This document shows, piece after piece, positions 1-12,899 of a DNA stretch of 64,000 bases. The translations under genes and the position numbers were made by a program. Each line of letters opens with the position of its first letter. Within the stretch, counting starts at the first letter, position 1. The DNA is taken from assembly GCA_028534125.1 (NCBI GenBank), contig CM052837.1, positions 806,001 through 870,000 on the forward strand, in the 5' to 3' direction. The notes beneath the pieces were generated by a model, which worked only from the letters and a program-made list of their open reading frames with translations, was not told where the DNA came from and searched no databases. This DNA is from Lama glama. Taxonomy: Eukaryota.

Positions 1-1189
1 TGTGGCGTGAGGTCGACAGTGAAGTGGACCCGTCACTGTTTAGCACGGTTTGTATTTGTATTTTCATTGCCCGGAAGGACAATCATTAAAAAAAGAGTCA
101 TGGGAACTATCTTCAAGACTTACAGCGAAGCTTCACGCCTCGAGAGCCCCGGAAGGCTTCGGCCTCTGCTCTGTGCATAAAGCTCAGGTCCATGGCTTTC
201 CCGTGACTCCACAAGAAACATGCATTTGTCAGGCACCACTTCCTGCAACGCTTTTTTGAAAGGAGCAAACTAGTAATTGACGCCTTGATACTTTAGTGCC
301 TTTTAATCTGGCAGGTGACATCGCCTGTTCTGAAAAACACACACCTGTATCTGTAATATCTATGATAAATCTATATAATACTAAAACATGATCATATTAA
401 TTCCATGAGATTATTTGGGATGAAAGCACTGAATAGGTTAGTATCTTGCAAAGACTGCAAACACTGGGCTACTAATATTTGAGTCCTAAGATGTGGTGAA
501 GATGGAATGAAATCCTGTCCATGGGAGCATGTGACCCTTGGTTGTTCCAGGGAATTCCCCTTCACTGATTAATCCTTATCCACAGAGATGGCAATTCAGC
601 AGCCCCGGAGCAAACATCCCATCCATCGCAGAAGGTCAAGTCGCTTCCCCAAAGGCCCTGTGCTCACGGTTAGCAGACACGGGCCCAGGCTTGCCTCCTT
701 CACACCAGGGCTCACCCTCGCACGCCCCCCAGTCCATCGTTCCGGGCGCGGCCACCCTCCTCTAGCAAATACCTAGGGCTCTCCTCTGAGGACCAAGGAG
801 GTCGTCAGCCAGGGGACACCGCTTCACAGGCGGGCTTGCGTTATTTTCCGGTTTCTCAGTTTTCGTTAGGTTTTGCATCCTGTGATCATCTGTTGACAGG
901 CAGATGATTTGGAAACATGCGAAGGCCCTGGGGTTCCCCGAGGAGGGCACCCCTCCACGTGCTCCTCTTCTTCCTTAAGAAATGGGCCCCGCGGCTGGCC
1001 AGCAGCGAAGGTGTGCAGGTGGAAACATGAGGGCAAGCAAGGGTGAGAGGGGGGTTTGGAAAGAGGCGGCTGGTCGCGGGAGACAAAGAAAGACTGTGAA
1101 GGACACCCTCCAGCTGGAGCTCGAACCTCACACTCGAGAGCACCCCCAGCACCCTGTTGCTTTGAGGGTGCGGCTCTCCCTCCACAGTG

Positions 1190-1330
1190 TCACACAGCAC
1201 TGTGAGCCCTTAAAAACATAGGCCCAGATAGTGTCACTTCCTTTGCACAGATGAGGAAGCAGAAGGCTGGGGTCAGCTCCGGCCAGTCTAACAAGGGCTG
1301 CACTCCAGACCCAGAACTCTCGCGCTTTCA
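1190..1330 (-). mobile_element. MIR SINE remnant
   Basis: 'ttgcacagatgaggaagcagaaggct' resembles the MIR core 'ttttacagatgaggaaactgaggc'; boundaries approximate. Confidence 0.5.
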
Positions 1331-1514
1331 AAGTCTGAGCCCTTCAACCTCGTTTCTTCTCCTAGAAGTCCTCAACCTTCAGTTTTCATCTCTCTGTGAC
1401 ACTGGTGTCATATTTTCTCTCTCAAATTATAAGATCAGTAAGCTAACCCTGATTCATGAGCTTTGGTCCACACATGGTACACTGCGTTTTGTGTTGTGTG
1501 CCTTGTCAAGCGAC

Positions 1515-1596
1515 TGGATGGGTGAATGGGTAGATAGATGGATGGATGTGTGGATGGGTTTATGAGTGGGTGGATGGGTGGGTGGATGGGTGGTGA
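1515..1596 (+). repeat. Degenerate (TGGA/TGGG)n simple repeat
   Basis: tggatgggtgaatgggtagatagatggatggatgtgtggatggg... seen directly. Confidence 0.85.
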
Positions 1597-1804
1597 ACCA
1601 ATTCTGATCAATACCAGATGGATAAGTCAACATGTGGGTTCTCAACATTTTGCAGCCGAAGTCTGTTCGAGGGACACTGAAATCCCTTGGGAGCCTAGTG
1701 TCCTGCGCATGGGAGAGGGAGGAAACGACATGCCATGTTGGTCCCTATCCCTGGGGCGGGGTCACCAGAGAAACAAAACAGCACCCCTGTTTTCCAGGAG
1801 CTTG

Positions 1805-2210
1805 GAAGCCCATACAGTCTTCCCCAGAAGACTATTTTTAGGTACATAAAATAAAACACAGAAGATTGAAAAATAAAATGAATTACAGTAACAGGAGAGA
1901 TACCGCTTACTAAACCATTTCAGAGGTTGTGATGTGGTAACAGACGTCATCTTAAATTCATGGGCCAAACGACCATTGTGATGAGATATGAAAACACCTG
2001 GGGTTTTTATTGGTGACAAAAACAAGTACTGCTAATATTTCAGGGTTTTTTCCCCCCTTTTGGCCAACATTTATAATAGAAGGAAATTCTAATTTTCAGT
2101 TAGACGTAAGTGAAGTAAAGTTACATGTTCTCTCATACAAGCTCATGGAGTCTCTACCTTCTACTCCTGGGTTCCCTTCGGGGCCTCTGAGGGGGTCTGA
2201 CCCCAGTTCC
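1805..2210 (+). mobile_element. hAT-Tip100 DNA transposon remnant (Zaphod/MER115-like)
   Basis: 'cataaaataaaacacagaagatt' and 'ttttcagttagacgtaagtgaagtaaagttacatg...caagctcatgga' match recalled consensus blocks. Confidence 0.5.
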
Positions 2211-4077
2211 TGGCGTGGAGCCAGCAGCAGGAGGCAGAGAAAGCCGCGGGCCTCTTAAGGTGAAGTCGACTTAAGTGTCTGAAGGGTCCATCCAGGACCC
2301 CCCATCCGACCCCCACGTGGAAAACCAGCCGGCCCTACAGGAACAGAGGGCGGGGCTCCCATCGCGGGGAGGGGTCCTGGGGAGGATGTGGTGGGCAGAA
2401 CCCGCCGCCCAGCCCTCCATCTCCTGCTGAGTGTCCCTGCGGCGTTTCCGAGCTAAACTTTTTCGCAGAGAATGAGACAACACGTTTCTCACTGAGCAGA
2501 GGTAGAAGCCAGGCGCTGGAGGGCCGATGCCCTCCCCAGGACGAAGCTCCCTTTCCACCTGCATGTGTCTGATCTCAGGCACGCCAGCCTTCCCCACAGC
2601 GAGGAGCATAGCGCCCGCCGAGCGCCGTCATTTCTGAGGAGAAAATAGAAACCTGGGTTGCATCAGGAAGTGAGGGCGCTCTTGGAGTTATTGTTAGAAA
2701 GCTGTATAATGTTGAGTTATGTAAAGGAACGAAGGCAAGACGCGGGGACTGTTTTTGGAATGAATTGAAATAATTCCGCATTATGCAAAAGTTCTCATTC
2801 CTCTGCGGAGAGAAATCAAATCATGGAGACGCTGCATGTGCCCCAGGCAGGGCGCCCGCCCTCCCTGCGCACCTGCTGCCCGGCGCTCCCTCCTGGACCT
2901 GTGAGTGGGGCCTCTCTCCTTCCAGCCGGGCAGGCAGGAAACAAGAGCTTCCTCTTCGAGGCTTTTTAAACCCACAGCCCCCATTCAGCTCTTCAGCAGG
3001 TGACGCTGGCTTCACCCCCTAAACACATCCAGCGTCTGACCACCCTCCACCCTCTCCGCAGCTGCCCCCAAAGCGCCGCCCCGTCACCCACCCGCACCCA
3101 CACCTGGCCTGCACCCGTCCTTCCGTTCCTGGTCCTCCCACCAAAGAGAGAACCACGCTTTTTGCGTCCCTGCTGCCTAAGTTCTGCACAGCCCACCACA
3201 CCCTGCGCCAGGGTGGCTCTGCCCTCCCCTCTGGACGCTCGGGAGCCACGCATCCCTGTGTCTCAGCGGCTACGGTTCCACCTGCCCTCAGAGCACGCGC
3301 CCGCGGTGGCGGGGACCTTCCACGACACCTCAGGAGCCCGCGCAGCCAGGGGAAGCGGTCACATTTCCATTCCTCCCCGACTCACGCCCCAAGGTGACCT
3401 CCTTTGGTCAGATGCCCATGTGGACCCTCCGTCCTCCGACCTCCACGCAGAGACCTCTGCCTCCCTTGATGTAACTGCCTCATTTTCCTGTTACAACTGC
3501 CCGAGTTGGCGATATCCTGGTGGGAGCAATCAAATTGCCAAAACTCCCCAAATGATCTTTTGGAAGTCCGTTGTCCCCCAATTCACAGTAAAAGACTGCT
3601 GGGAGTTTGGGAGGGAGAGACGTGGGTGGCCAGGGGCTTTGTGAGCGAGTCTGTGACCTCCCGCCCCACACCCTGAACCCTTAACCATCTCTTCTCATCA
3701 ATTTAAACACTTAGCAAAGTCTCTCACATTAAAAAAAACAAAACCCATAAACCTTTATCTTCACTGTTCATGCACGTCACTCACAAAAGCACCACTTTAT
3801 TTCTTGCCTCGATGATTCAGCTGCTGCTACATTTATTCGATCATTTTTATATGAATACAAGCTCTGGACACTGGATGTGGTGGACGGTCAGGCCCAGCCT
3901 CACTGACCCTTTTGTTTCTTAGCCCAGGAAGCCCTGGGTTTCCCCTCCTTTCACCGAGACGTTCACCGCAGAGACTCAGCCCTGCAAGGCCAGCGGGCAC
4001 CCCCGCCCGGCCCTCGCAGGCCTCCTCCCCAGGGGCTCGGTCTCCCAAGAATCCTTGGGTGGCCTTCCCATTCAGAG

Positions 4078-4215
4078 CCTGCTTTAAGAATTTTGCACGT
4101 ATTTTTTCACTTAACCCCGTTCAACCCCGTGTGGCAGATGCTAATCCCGTCCGTCTCACAGACGAGGAAATGGGCGCCCGGGGCGGAGGAGCGGCCTGCC
4201 GAGGAAGGGGCCCCC
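4078..4215 (-). mobile_element. MIR SINE remnant, GC-shifted
   Basis: 'tttcacttaaccccgttcaaccccgtgtggcagatgct...tctcacagacgaggaaatggg' follows MIR 'ctcatttaatcctcacaacaaccctatgaggtaggt...ttttacagatgaggaaactgagg'. Confidence 0.6.
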
Positions 4216-7200
4216 ACGCCGCCCCTGGGCCCGGCCCGCCCTCAGGGCTCTGTGCCCTGAGCGAGCCTCTCCCCCGGGCGCAGCGTGGGAGGCGGCCCAC
4301 CGCGTCCGTCTCAGCGCTGGGCTCACTTCTCATGGCCTCAGGCTCCAGGGGCGGCCGGCGTCTCCACTCGTTGCTGGGTGTCCGCGGTGCGTGCCTTTCC
4401 TGTGACGTCCTCCCGACCTGTTCCTCCCGCGCCTCCAGCAGCCTCAGCCGCACGCCCTCGAGGGGCGACTTCTCAGGGACCTCCCCCGTTGCACCTGACT
4501 TCCTGCCCACCAGGCTGAAGCCCCGAGGGCCCTCAGGCCCCGCTGTCTCCCACGCGCCCGGCGCTGTGTGGGCAGCCAGGCCACAGTGGCCACCTGCCCG
4601 GCCTCCAGGGCGTCTGTAACCGGAACCCACCTCCACCGGTTCCAAAGCAGTGCGCACGGAGGGAACCCCGCGTGAAGCCCAGGGAGCAGCTGGCCTCGCT
4701 TGCCGGCATCCCCCCAGAGCGGTGCTGTGTGCTCTGCGAGCTCTGGGGGCCGCTGGGGTTGTCTGAATTGTTTTACTTTCAGATCGCCCCCGGCCTGGGG
4801 GACCTCTTCCCGCTGAAGACTGTCTGCCCCAGCAGACGGACCCCGTCTGCAGCCCCCGCAGCCCTGCTGCCCTGACTCTCACGCGTGCGCGGGAGCTTCG
4901 TCTCCCTGCTCTGTTCTTCCAATAAGAGAAAGTTAATTTGTGCCAAATGTCCTTTCATATTCAACAAAGCCTGCAGGGCTGAGAAAGGCAGATAAGTCCC
5001 GCTTCCCTGCCAGGAGCCCCGCTAATTGAGGCCGCAGCTTCACACTCGGGTATTTGCATCCGGGCCCGCCTCGCCTCTTGGTATCTCCTGTTTGCACACA
5101 TGTAAACACCGCGGGGACGGGCCGCCCACCTGGGACGAAGGGGGAGCCGCGCATTTGCAGAAATGAGGCTGATTAGTGCTTCATTACGGTTACCCACGGC
5201 TTCTGCCTGCTCCTCCCTCCCCCGGGCCGAACGTTTGGAAGATTAATTGGATGTCGGAAATGAGCGGGGAGAAAGCAGAGGCTGACAGGCATCTCACCGC
5301 GGCTCCCGCGTCCAGCCCCGCGGCTGAGGGTGGAAGAGGGACCGGGACCAGCCCCGGTGGCCTCTGCCCGAGGCTGGGATTCCCACCTGCGTCCGGGGTA
5401 CCCTGAGCCCCAGGGGCCCTCATTTCCACCCGGGGTCACTGCGAGGGTGGAACCACGTGACGCTGGAGAACTGTGCTGCATGCGGCCTTCCAGTCAGGGC
5501 TGACTACTCATCATTTTCAAGACAGTTCTCCGTGAGCCGGTGTTTGGCGTCACAGCGGTGATGTCCCCGACTCTTCCCACCCCTCACCTTGGAGAAGGAC
5601 GGGTGGGGAGGACCCGCTGGGAAACCTGAGTACTTCATGCGTCCATTTCCCTCGCCTGCTGGGGTGAGAGACGCAGGCGGACTCTCAGCTTCCTAAGTCC
5701 AGGTGTGTGACAGGCGCCTGGAGGCCCCAGAGCGCAGGGTGGCCGTGTCGTTACTGTCCAGGTCGGGACACTTTCGCAGGGAAAGAGACGCTCTTACCCA
5801 CAAGGCCGGGGCCGCAGGCGCTACCAGGGACGCCTGTCCTCCTCCAAGACCCAGCGGCCGCCCGCGTGTTCGCGGCTGTTGTCTCCGGTCCAAAAGCCGC
5901 TGAGCGATCCCAGGGCAGGGGCCGGGCACTTTGCTCCCATGGCCGCCCCTGCCCTGGGGAGTGTCACACAGGCGTGGAGTGGTGACGGGGACATGGAGGA
6001 GAGGCCGGGCAGGTGGAGGGTGACCAGAGGGCTTCGACCTCGGTCCAGAGCGAGAGCTGTCGGCTGCCGGCTCTCGGCCCTCGGCCCCCGAGCGTGCGCC
6101 TGTCCCGGCTCCGAGGGCACACAGGCTGCACCGTGGCGGTTTCCTCGTTTGTTCATTGTTGCGCAGTACGTTTTTGGTCCCGTCCCTGCTTCTGGAGCGG
6201 CGTGGGCTGAGCCCCCCCAGGCAGCACGTGCTGGTTTGTCCCAGACCCAGCCTGTAGAGTTGGCTGTGACAGCCGCGTCCCTGCGGCCCCCGTGCGCCCA
6301 GCCCGGCGGCAGCGGGCACTCCTGCTGTCACACAGCCTCCTGCTCAAGCCCCTGCTGCTGCCCGCCGCCCGTCTCCCGCCGCTCAGGGCTTTGCTCAGAG
6401 TCCACAGAACCCGTGCCGGAGGGAGGCCTGGCCCGCGGGGTTCGTGGGTTGTGGCAGGTTTTTAAACATAGTGGTGATGAGCTACCCACCAGAGAGGACG
6501 CTCTAGTCCTAACGAGCGAGCGCTGGTGAGTCTGCTGGGCGTCTGGGGCAACGACGCTGTTCCCTCTGGGGCCCAAGGGCCCGGCTCTGGGCAGAGGTGT
6601 GAGCCTGAGCCACCTGCTGGGGGCCGCACGGCGATGCTCCGTTGTGACTTTCCCCTAAGTAGCACCTGACCCCTGTGGGTCTCACTCCTGTCGTGTGGGA
6701 AAGCGGGGGGCGCGGGTCTGTCACCTCGACGGTCCTTCCTTCTGGTGAGGAGGCAGGGCTGTGGCGGGATGGGTGGTTTACGAAGGAACAGAATTCGGGC
6801 TCGTTGGCTTTCGCTCAGTGCATAGCGAGAAAGAGGAGGAGAAACAGGCCAGGTCACAGTGGCCCTGACCCATGTAAGTGACACGGGGTTCAGCCTCACA
6901 GCAGGGCCTCCGAGGCCCACAGGGAAGTTCAAGGTCACACGGTCTTCCCGGAACACGAGGCAATACTGCTTCCCACTAAGTTGCCCCGAGTCCACTCTCT
7001 TGGACAATTTCCAGGGCATATTTCCCCACGAGTGAGCTAATTATTCTGAGGACGGAAGTGATATGACGTGTGGCCAGAATGTTTTCAGGAAAATGAGCCA
7101 ATTTTCTCAGTCAAAGGTGCTCTGGCCGGGCGGGCGGTGGCTTCCTGGGCCAGGCAGACACCAGGGGACAGACACTGAGGAGCAGAGGGCCCATCCCTGC

Positions 7201-7949
7201 TCAGTGTCCATCCCAGGACCGGCTGTGGCTCCCGGCTGGACACACCCCACAGACCACGTGAGCAGGTGGCTCCCCACGGGCTGGGGATGCTGCGCCTTTG
7301 TCCCGAGTGGTGGGGGGTGCCCTGGCCTCAGGGCTGGCGGGGGTGTATCCCACGAGCTGGTGCCCTGGAGGTGCCCCTCAACCAAAGGTGGATGGAGATG
7401 GTGGGGTCCCCACTCCCACCCCCCATAAAGGCAAACACACGTCTCTTTGCAGCCCTGGCGACCCCCGCAGGGTCCACTCGTGCAGGTGGCCTTCCCTTCC
7501 TCGCCCAGGGTTGGTGGTTCTGGAATCACTCCCAAGCAAATGTGTCCAGTGGCGCTAAGAGGCCACCGCCTGGGCACTGAGGTCCCACCACCAAGGGTGA
7601 CGAGATCTTTACGTCTTTTAAAATTTTCCAGTTAAAATTCTATGTTATGGGTCTTTTTCTGAATGTTTACAGTTGCAAGTGGTCTCTTCTACCCAAGAGC
7701 ATGGTTGGTAACACTGGCCCGTGTGTCGCTCCTTTTCTGTGCAAGGTGCCTGGAGGAGCGGCAACATCTTTGTGTCGGGGTCACCAACACGAGAGCCGTG
7801 GGCAGAGACGATGGCCTCTCAGCGGGACTCACCCTCCGCAGACACGCGGCCAGAGGGCTGTGCTCAGGGCCCCTGGGAGTGATCGCTTCCTCTGAGCGGC
7901 GATGTTTCCGTCTGTCGCAGGCTTGTCTCAGGTGGCGGCATTTGCGATT

Positions 7950-8350
7950 CACTCACTTTTACTGTTTTTTAACTTTTTAGAACATGTAAGACACTGACAT
8001 CGCTCAAATGTTAAAATTGCATGAATGTGCACTGCACGGTCAAAATCCCGCCCTCTGTCCCCCTCGGCTCCTTCTGCTGTTTTATCAGAATATCCACGAA
8101 TAGTTACCAAGAGAATGCATGCCTGGTGTGTCCTCCCAGCGTTTCTAAAACAAAACAAGATGATTCATGGATTCACATACAGGGACATTTTCACGTTTCC
8201 CTTTCCATTTTATGCAAAATACTGTGTCCTATTTACATTCCCTCCGACCTGGTTTTCGTTCCTTTTTTTAACTTCACAGTAAATCCTGAGAATTGCTCTT
8301 CATCCCATGTGCTCTATGTACACGCCCTCGGCTGCCGAATTTTAATATTT
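7950..8350 (-). mobile_element. Old L1 (L1ME/L1MC-type) 3' UTR remnant
   Basis: T-rich start and a layout like an antisense old L1 3' end; highly decayed. Confidence 0.4.
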
Positions 8351-9541
8351 GTAACAACCTAGTGGTGACCTAGCGCGGCTCCACCAGGGCTCGTTCGGGA
8401 AATCGTCCACATGTGGTTCATCGGGTCGTCCCCCACCTCTTGTGCTGTGAAGCCACACACGACAGGTTATGATCTCTGCACCACAAGTCAAGCCCGGACG
8501 CCCACATAGCACGTCCCGTCTGTGCAGGTGTGCCCTCAGAGCGCACTCCTCCGGCCGCCGCGGAGACAAAGGCCACGATTCAGACAGCGCCAACCTCTCT
8601 GCTCGCTTGGGTCGCCGTGACTTTGGGTCCCAGAACACTTCTGTCTGGTTAAGTGTTTACATGGCAGAGGATGCGGAAGCAAAGAGTGGACAGGAAACTG
8701 CTCTGATCTGGGGGGGTCCCTCTGCCCTGTGCCGGTCCCCGAGGCCAGGATGGCACCAGAACCAGACACCCACATTCCTGGAGAACTGCCACCTCCTTAG
8801 CACCAATGCCAGGTGTGGTCCCAGGGGACCCCCAGGGAGAACAGAGGCTCCTCTGCCCAGGAAACGCCAAGGGCCCAGGGTGAACTCCCAGGACGGGACA
8901 GAGGCACTGCTCCCCTTTGGTCAGGTTAATTCCTCCCTCCATGGTCAGTGGCAAACAGAATTGCAAAGACGCCCAGACACAGCCACGCTGTGCGCGGTCG
9001 GCTCTTGTGGAAAACGGGGGACGTTGCTACGCCTCACTTTCTGGCCAACATTTTGTTAACCAAAGACTCAACAGCTCAGAAAAACCAAGGATGAAATGAG
9101 TAACCATCCCTCGGTCATTTGCTTAAATATGAACTTCTAAGCAGGCTCATTCCCCAGGCCTGGCCGGTTAAACACTGCGTTTCGAGGGAGGGGGGTGTCC
9201 ACCTAGAGGTGCAGGTTCTCCTCCTGAAGAAGCCCTGCATCACGCCAAGCTCCATAAAAGCTCCTAATACAGCACCAAATTGCAATAGTTTTTGGATAAT
9301 TTCCCTCCGACGCTTTGCTCACAGGATGATCCCTGCGCCTTAATTGCCTCACCAGTGACGGGCACCAGGTGCAGAGTTTCGGTCGGCCAGCGGCTAGTTG
9401 TGGGGAGGAGTGGGTGGGACACTTTCTGGGGAAAAGTGAGAGCTGGGTGGGGAGTTCATTTGATTCTCCAAAGGTGTCAGCTTTGCAACATTTTTGAAAA
9501 TCTCAGCTCAGGCTAAAGCAAGTTGCAGTGCTGTGATTATG

Positions 9542-10041
9542 NNNNNNNNNNNNNNNNNNNNNNNNNNNNNNNNNNNNNNNNNNNNNNNNNNNNNNNNNNN
9601 NNNNNNNNNNNNNNNNNNNNNNNNNNNNNNNNNNNNNNNNNNNNNNNNNNNNNNNNNNNNNNNNNNNNNNNNNNNNNNNNNNNNNNNNNNNNNNNNNNNN
9701 NNNNNNNNNNNNNNNNNNNNNNNNNNNNNNNNNNNNNNNNNNNNNNNNNNNNNNNNNNNNNNNNNNNNNNNNNNNNNNNNNNNNNNNNNNNNNNNNNNNN
9801 NNNNNNNNNNNNNNNNNNNNNNNNNNNNNNNNNNNNNNNNNNNNNNNNNNNNNNNNNNNNNNNNNNNNNNNNNNNNNNNNNNNNNNNNNNNNNNNNNNNN
9901 NNNNNNNNNNNNNNNNNNNNNNNNNNNNNNNNNNNNNNNNNNNNNNNNNNNNNNNNNNNNNNNNNNNNNNNNNNNNNNNNNNNNNNNNNNNNNNNNNNNN
10001 NNNNNNNNNNNNNNNNNNNNNNNNNNNNNNNNNNNNNNNNN
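9542..10041. other. Assembly gap, exactly 500 N
   Basis: N run; a round size suggests an arbitrary scaffolding spacer. Confidence 0.99.
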
Positions 10042-10090
10042 AGAGCTATCATCAGTTTGGAAAGAAAGAACGCACGTGGACCTGCAACTT

Positions 10091-10586
10091 TGTTACCGAG
10101 TCCAAACTCTCCTCGCGGCACGACAGGCCAATAAATCGGGAGACGAGGCGTTGGGACAAGGAATGACGATTTTATTTGGAAAGCCGGCAGACAGGGAAGA
10201 TGAGGGGCTAATGTCCTGGAGAACCGTCTTCCCCAAGTCAGAATTCAGGCTCCTTTTCTACTAAAAGGTGTAACTGGTTGTTCCAAACTTCTTGATGTCG
10301 GAATCCGTTGTTCTTGCAGCCGTCCACGTGGGTCAGGCCACGTGGGTGTCCCCGTCAACCTCCAACAAGACAAACGTCGTTTCTACTCTGCAACTCGTCT
10401 TTGTATGAGTGGAAATGTGTTCATATCCTGAAAGGTGGGAGCCCCGGGACAGGCTCTCCTGTGAACCTCAGGCTCCTGGCAACACTGTTTTACCAAAGGT
10501 GCAGTGACTGAGCCCAGGAAACAGCACACAGGGTTAGAGCCAAAGACCAGATCTGCAGTGCAGTCAGATTTGTTCTCCTCTATCCA
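10091..10586 (-). mobile_element. ERV1-class solo LTR (496 bp) with 4-bp TSD ACTT
   Basis: Begins TG (tgttaccgagtcc) and ends CA (ctctatcca). Flanked by ACTT at 10087-10090 and 10587-10590. TTTATT (AATAAA on minus) near 10171. Resembles recalled cetartiodactyl ERV1 LTRs. Confidence 0.8.
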
Positions 10587-11574
10587 ACTTGTCTTCCCTA
10601 CAACATAAAACTCCACTTCTTGATCACTGCAGACCCTCGGAGTTCAAGGAACTAGCAACGAAAACTATCCTTTTACGAGTTTGAAGACCAGGAGGAAGCA
10701 GCTCAAAACTCTCCCTGACCGAGCGATTCGCATCTCCATCGGTGGGATTCTTAAGGTCCCCACGCAGCTGCTTCCCGTGCGGACGAAAGTTGGCGTGTAT
10801 GTTGACTTGGCCGGCCCTGGGCGCTGCGCTCTGAGAGGGGGCAGGACTTCGTTTAAACTCCACACTGCCCCTCACCCCCGAGAATGTAGGCTGGGGCGGT
10901 TCTTCCTGCCTCTCCGTCCAGGACGGGGAGTTCCTCTCTGCAGCTCTGTGGGGCTTGCCTCTGAGAAGCCACACGCACGCTAACCCGCAAGCAGGGGACA
11001 CGCCACCAACGGGGCGTTAATTTCTCTGAGAACGCTCACCTAAAGTACCGGGTCTCCCGATAGGAATCACCTTTAAACATCAAGTAAGCAATTCACTGAC
11101 GTTGGAAGCCGCGCCCAGAAGGGCCAGCCCTCTGCTTTCAGTGGACAGTCCCCAGGGCCGGCGTGGGAGCCCTCACATCACCCGGTTCCCAGAAGGATGA
11201 TGTCTTGCTTCCACGGCAGCATGACTGCCCGTTTCCAGACCTTCGTGACGTGACGGGGAGTGGCTTTTCTAAAGTAAACCCCAGAGCGTTGTCTATTCAC
11301 CATGCCACCAGTGGACCTTCAGAAGGACTTCTGGACAAAGAGCCACGTCTTGTTAGGAGTTACCCAGAAATGGACAACATCACCTTCTTAATACGAGACG
11401 TGGTTGCTTTTATGACGGTACCTTTCGCTGAAATTCTTCCCCGTCCACGTCGGCGTTCACAGTGAGCGGAGGGGGCTGTCCACCTGCACCACGGCTCCTG
11501 GTGGAGCTGAGGCCGCTGCACCTCTGGCTCAGTATCTCTCAGATGCAAACAGAAAGGGCTGCACGCGCACACAC

Positions 11575-11813
11575 AGGCTCACACGCACACGGGCTCACAC
11601 GCACACGGGCTCACACGCACACGGGCTCACATGCACACGGGCACACGCACACGGCTCACACGCACACGGGCACACGCACACGGGCTCACACGCACACGGA
11701 CTCACACGCACATGGGCTCACACGCACACGGGCTCACACGCACACGGGCTCACATGCACACGGCTCACACGCACACGGGCACACGCACACGGCTCACACG
11801 CACACGGGCACAC
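11575..11813 (+). repeat. Minisatellite, ~15.5 units of GGGCTCACACGCACAC (14-16 bp variants)
   Basis: Units parsed directly from the sequence. Confidence 0.97.
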
Positions 11814-12374
11814 CGAGGCATGTGTGTCCTGCTCGTGTGACTGCCAGGGATTTCCTCAGGCCTCCCTGGGGGGGCACACACCCTTGGCGACATAGTCGGA
11901 GGGGAGTGTAGGGAAGGGCCTGGAGGTGGACGCAGGGTCTGGGCAGTGAGCTGGGGCAAAATTTTCACAGCAATTCATCAGAATCAACCAGTCTCTCCCT
12001 GAATTTTACCAAGGAGGAGCCTGCGTGTGAGCGGCACAGTTTCTCTTCTAACCCCTGGTGAACTGTGGGATCACACGGGGACCACCGTCACAGCTGGCAG
12101 GTGGCACCATGGGGACGTGGAGCCCGACCTGGCTCCGTGGCAGCTGCAGGCTCCACCCTCTTTGTGCTTCATGAGTCAGGACCCACTCCCTCACCTTCCG
12201 TTGGCATTTCTGATGCTCAGTAGTGTGAACTTGAAAAAATGGACTGGCATGGATGGGACCGTCCACTCCGCCCGGCCTGCTTTCCTCGGGCTCAGGCCAC
12301 CATGGTGCCGGAAATGCACATCGTGGAGCTCTGCCCAGCGACATCCCTGGGGCCCGTGGGCCTGGAAGGGACTG

Positions 12375-12791
12375 TGGCATGAGCTGAATTATATCCCCTC
12401 AACAAGATAAGTTAGGTCCCAACCCCCGTATCCCCAACACGGCCGTGCTTGGAAATAGAGTCTTCACAGGGATCCTCGGGCTCAAAGGCGGTCATCAGAG
12501 CGGTCACGGCGGATCCGCTGTGACTGGAGCCCAGATCCAAAGAGGAAGTCTGGACAGACAGGCACAGAGGGCGGACTGGTGAGGGCACAGGAAGGGGAAG
12601 ACGCACGGACAAGGCAGGGACACCCCGGTGACCGTCACCACGGAAGTGGAAGAGGCCAAGAAGGACCCTCTCCAGGGCCCTGCCCGCAGCGCGACCTCCA
12701 CTTCTGGCCCCAGAAGCGCGAGAGAATACACTTCTGTGTTTTAAGCCACCCGGGAGTGGCTCTTGTTACAGCAGCTGTAGAAACTAGCCCA
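12375..12791 (+). mobile_element. MaLR LTR (MLT1B/C-like), near full length
   Basis: Starts 'tggcatgagctgaattatatcccc' and ends 'ttctgtgttttaagccaccc...ttgttacagcagctgtagaaactagccca', matching MLT1 termini. Confidence 0.8.
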
Positions 12792-12899
12792 GGCGGGTCC
12801 CACTGGGTGCCCGGCCCACCCCTCTGAGCTCCGCGCTGGAGGGTCTGGGACGATGGCCGGCACCGGTGCAGCCTTGAGGGGCAAACGTGCCCCAGACAG

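Noticed and set aside
9494-10264. Long ORFs spanning N gaps (also 35694-36008 and 58456-59494)
   Set aside because: Artefacts of translating Ns
11575-11813. CRISPR-like array
   Set aside because: Head-to-tail tandem units with no unique spacers, in mammalian DNA
11462-11911. His-rich repetitive ORF (HTHTGSHAHG...)
   Set aside because: It is a translation of the CA-rich minisatellite; unit lengths of 14-16 bp do not preserve frame
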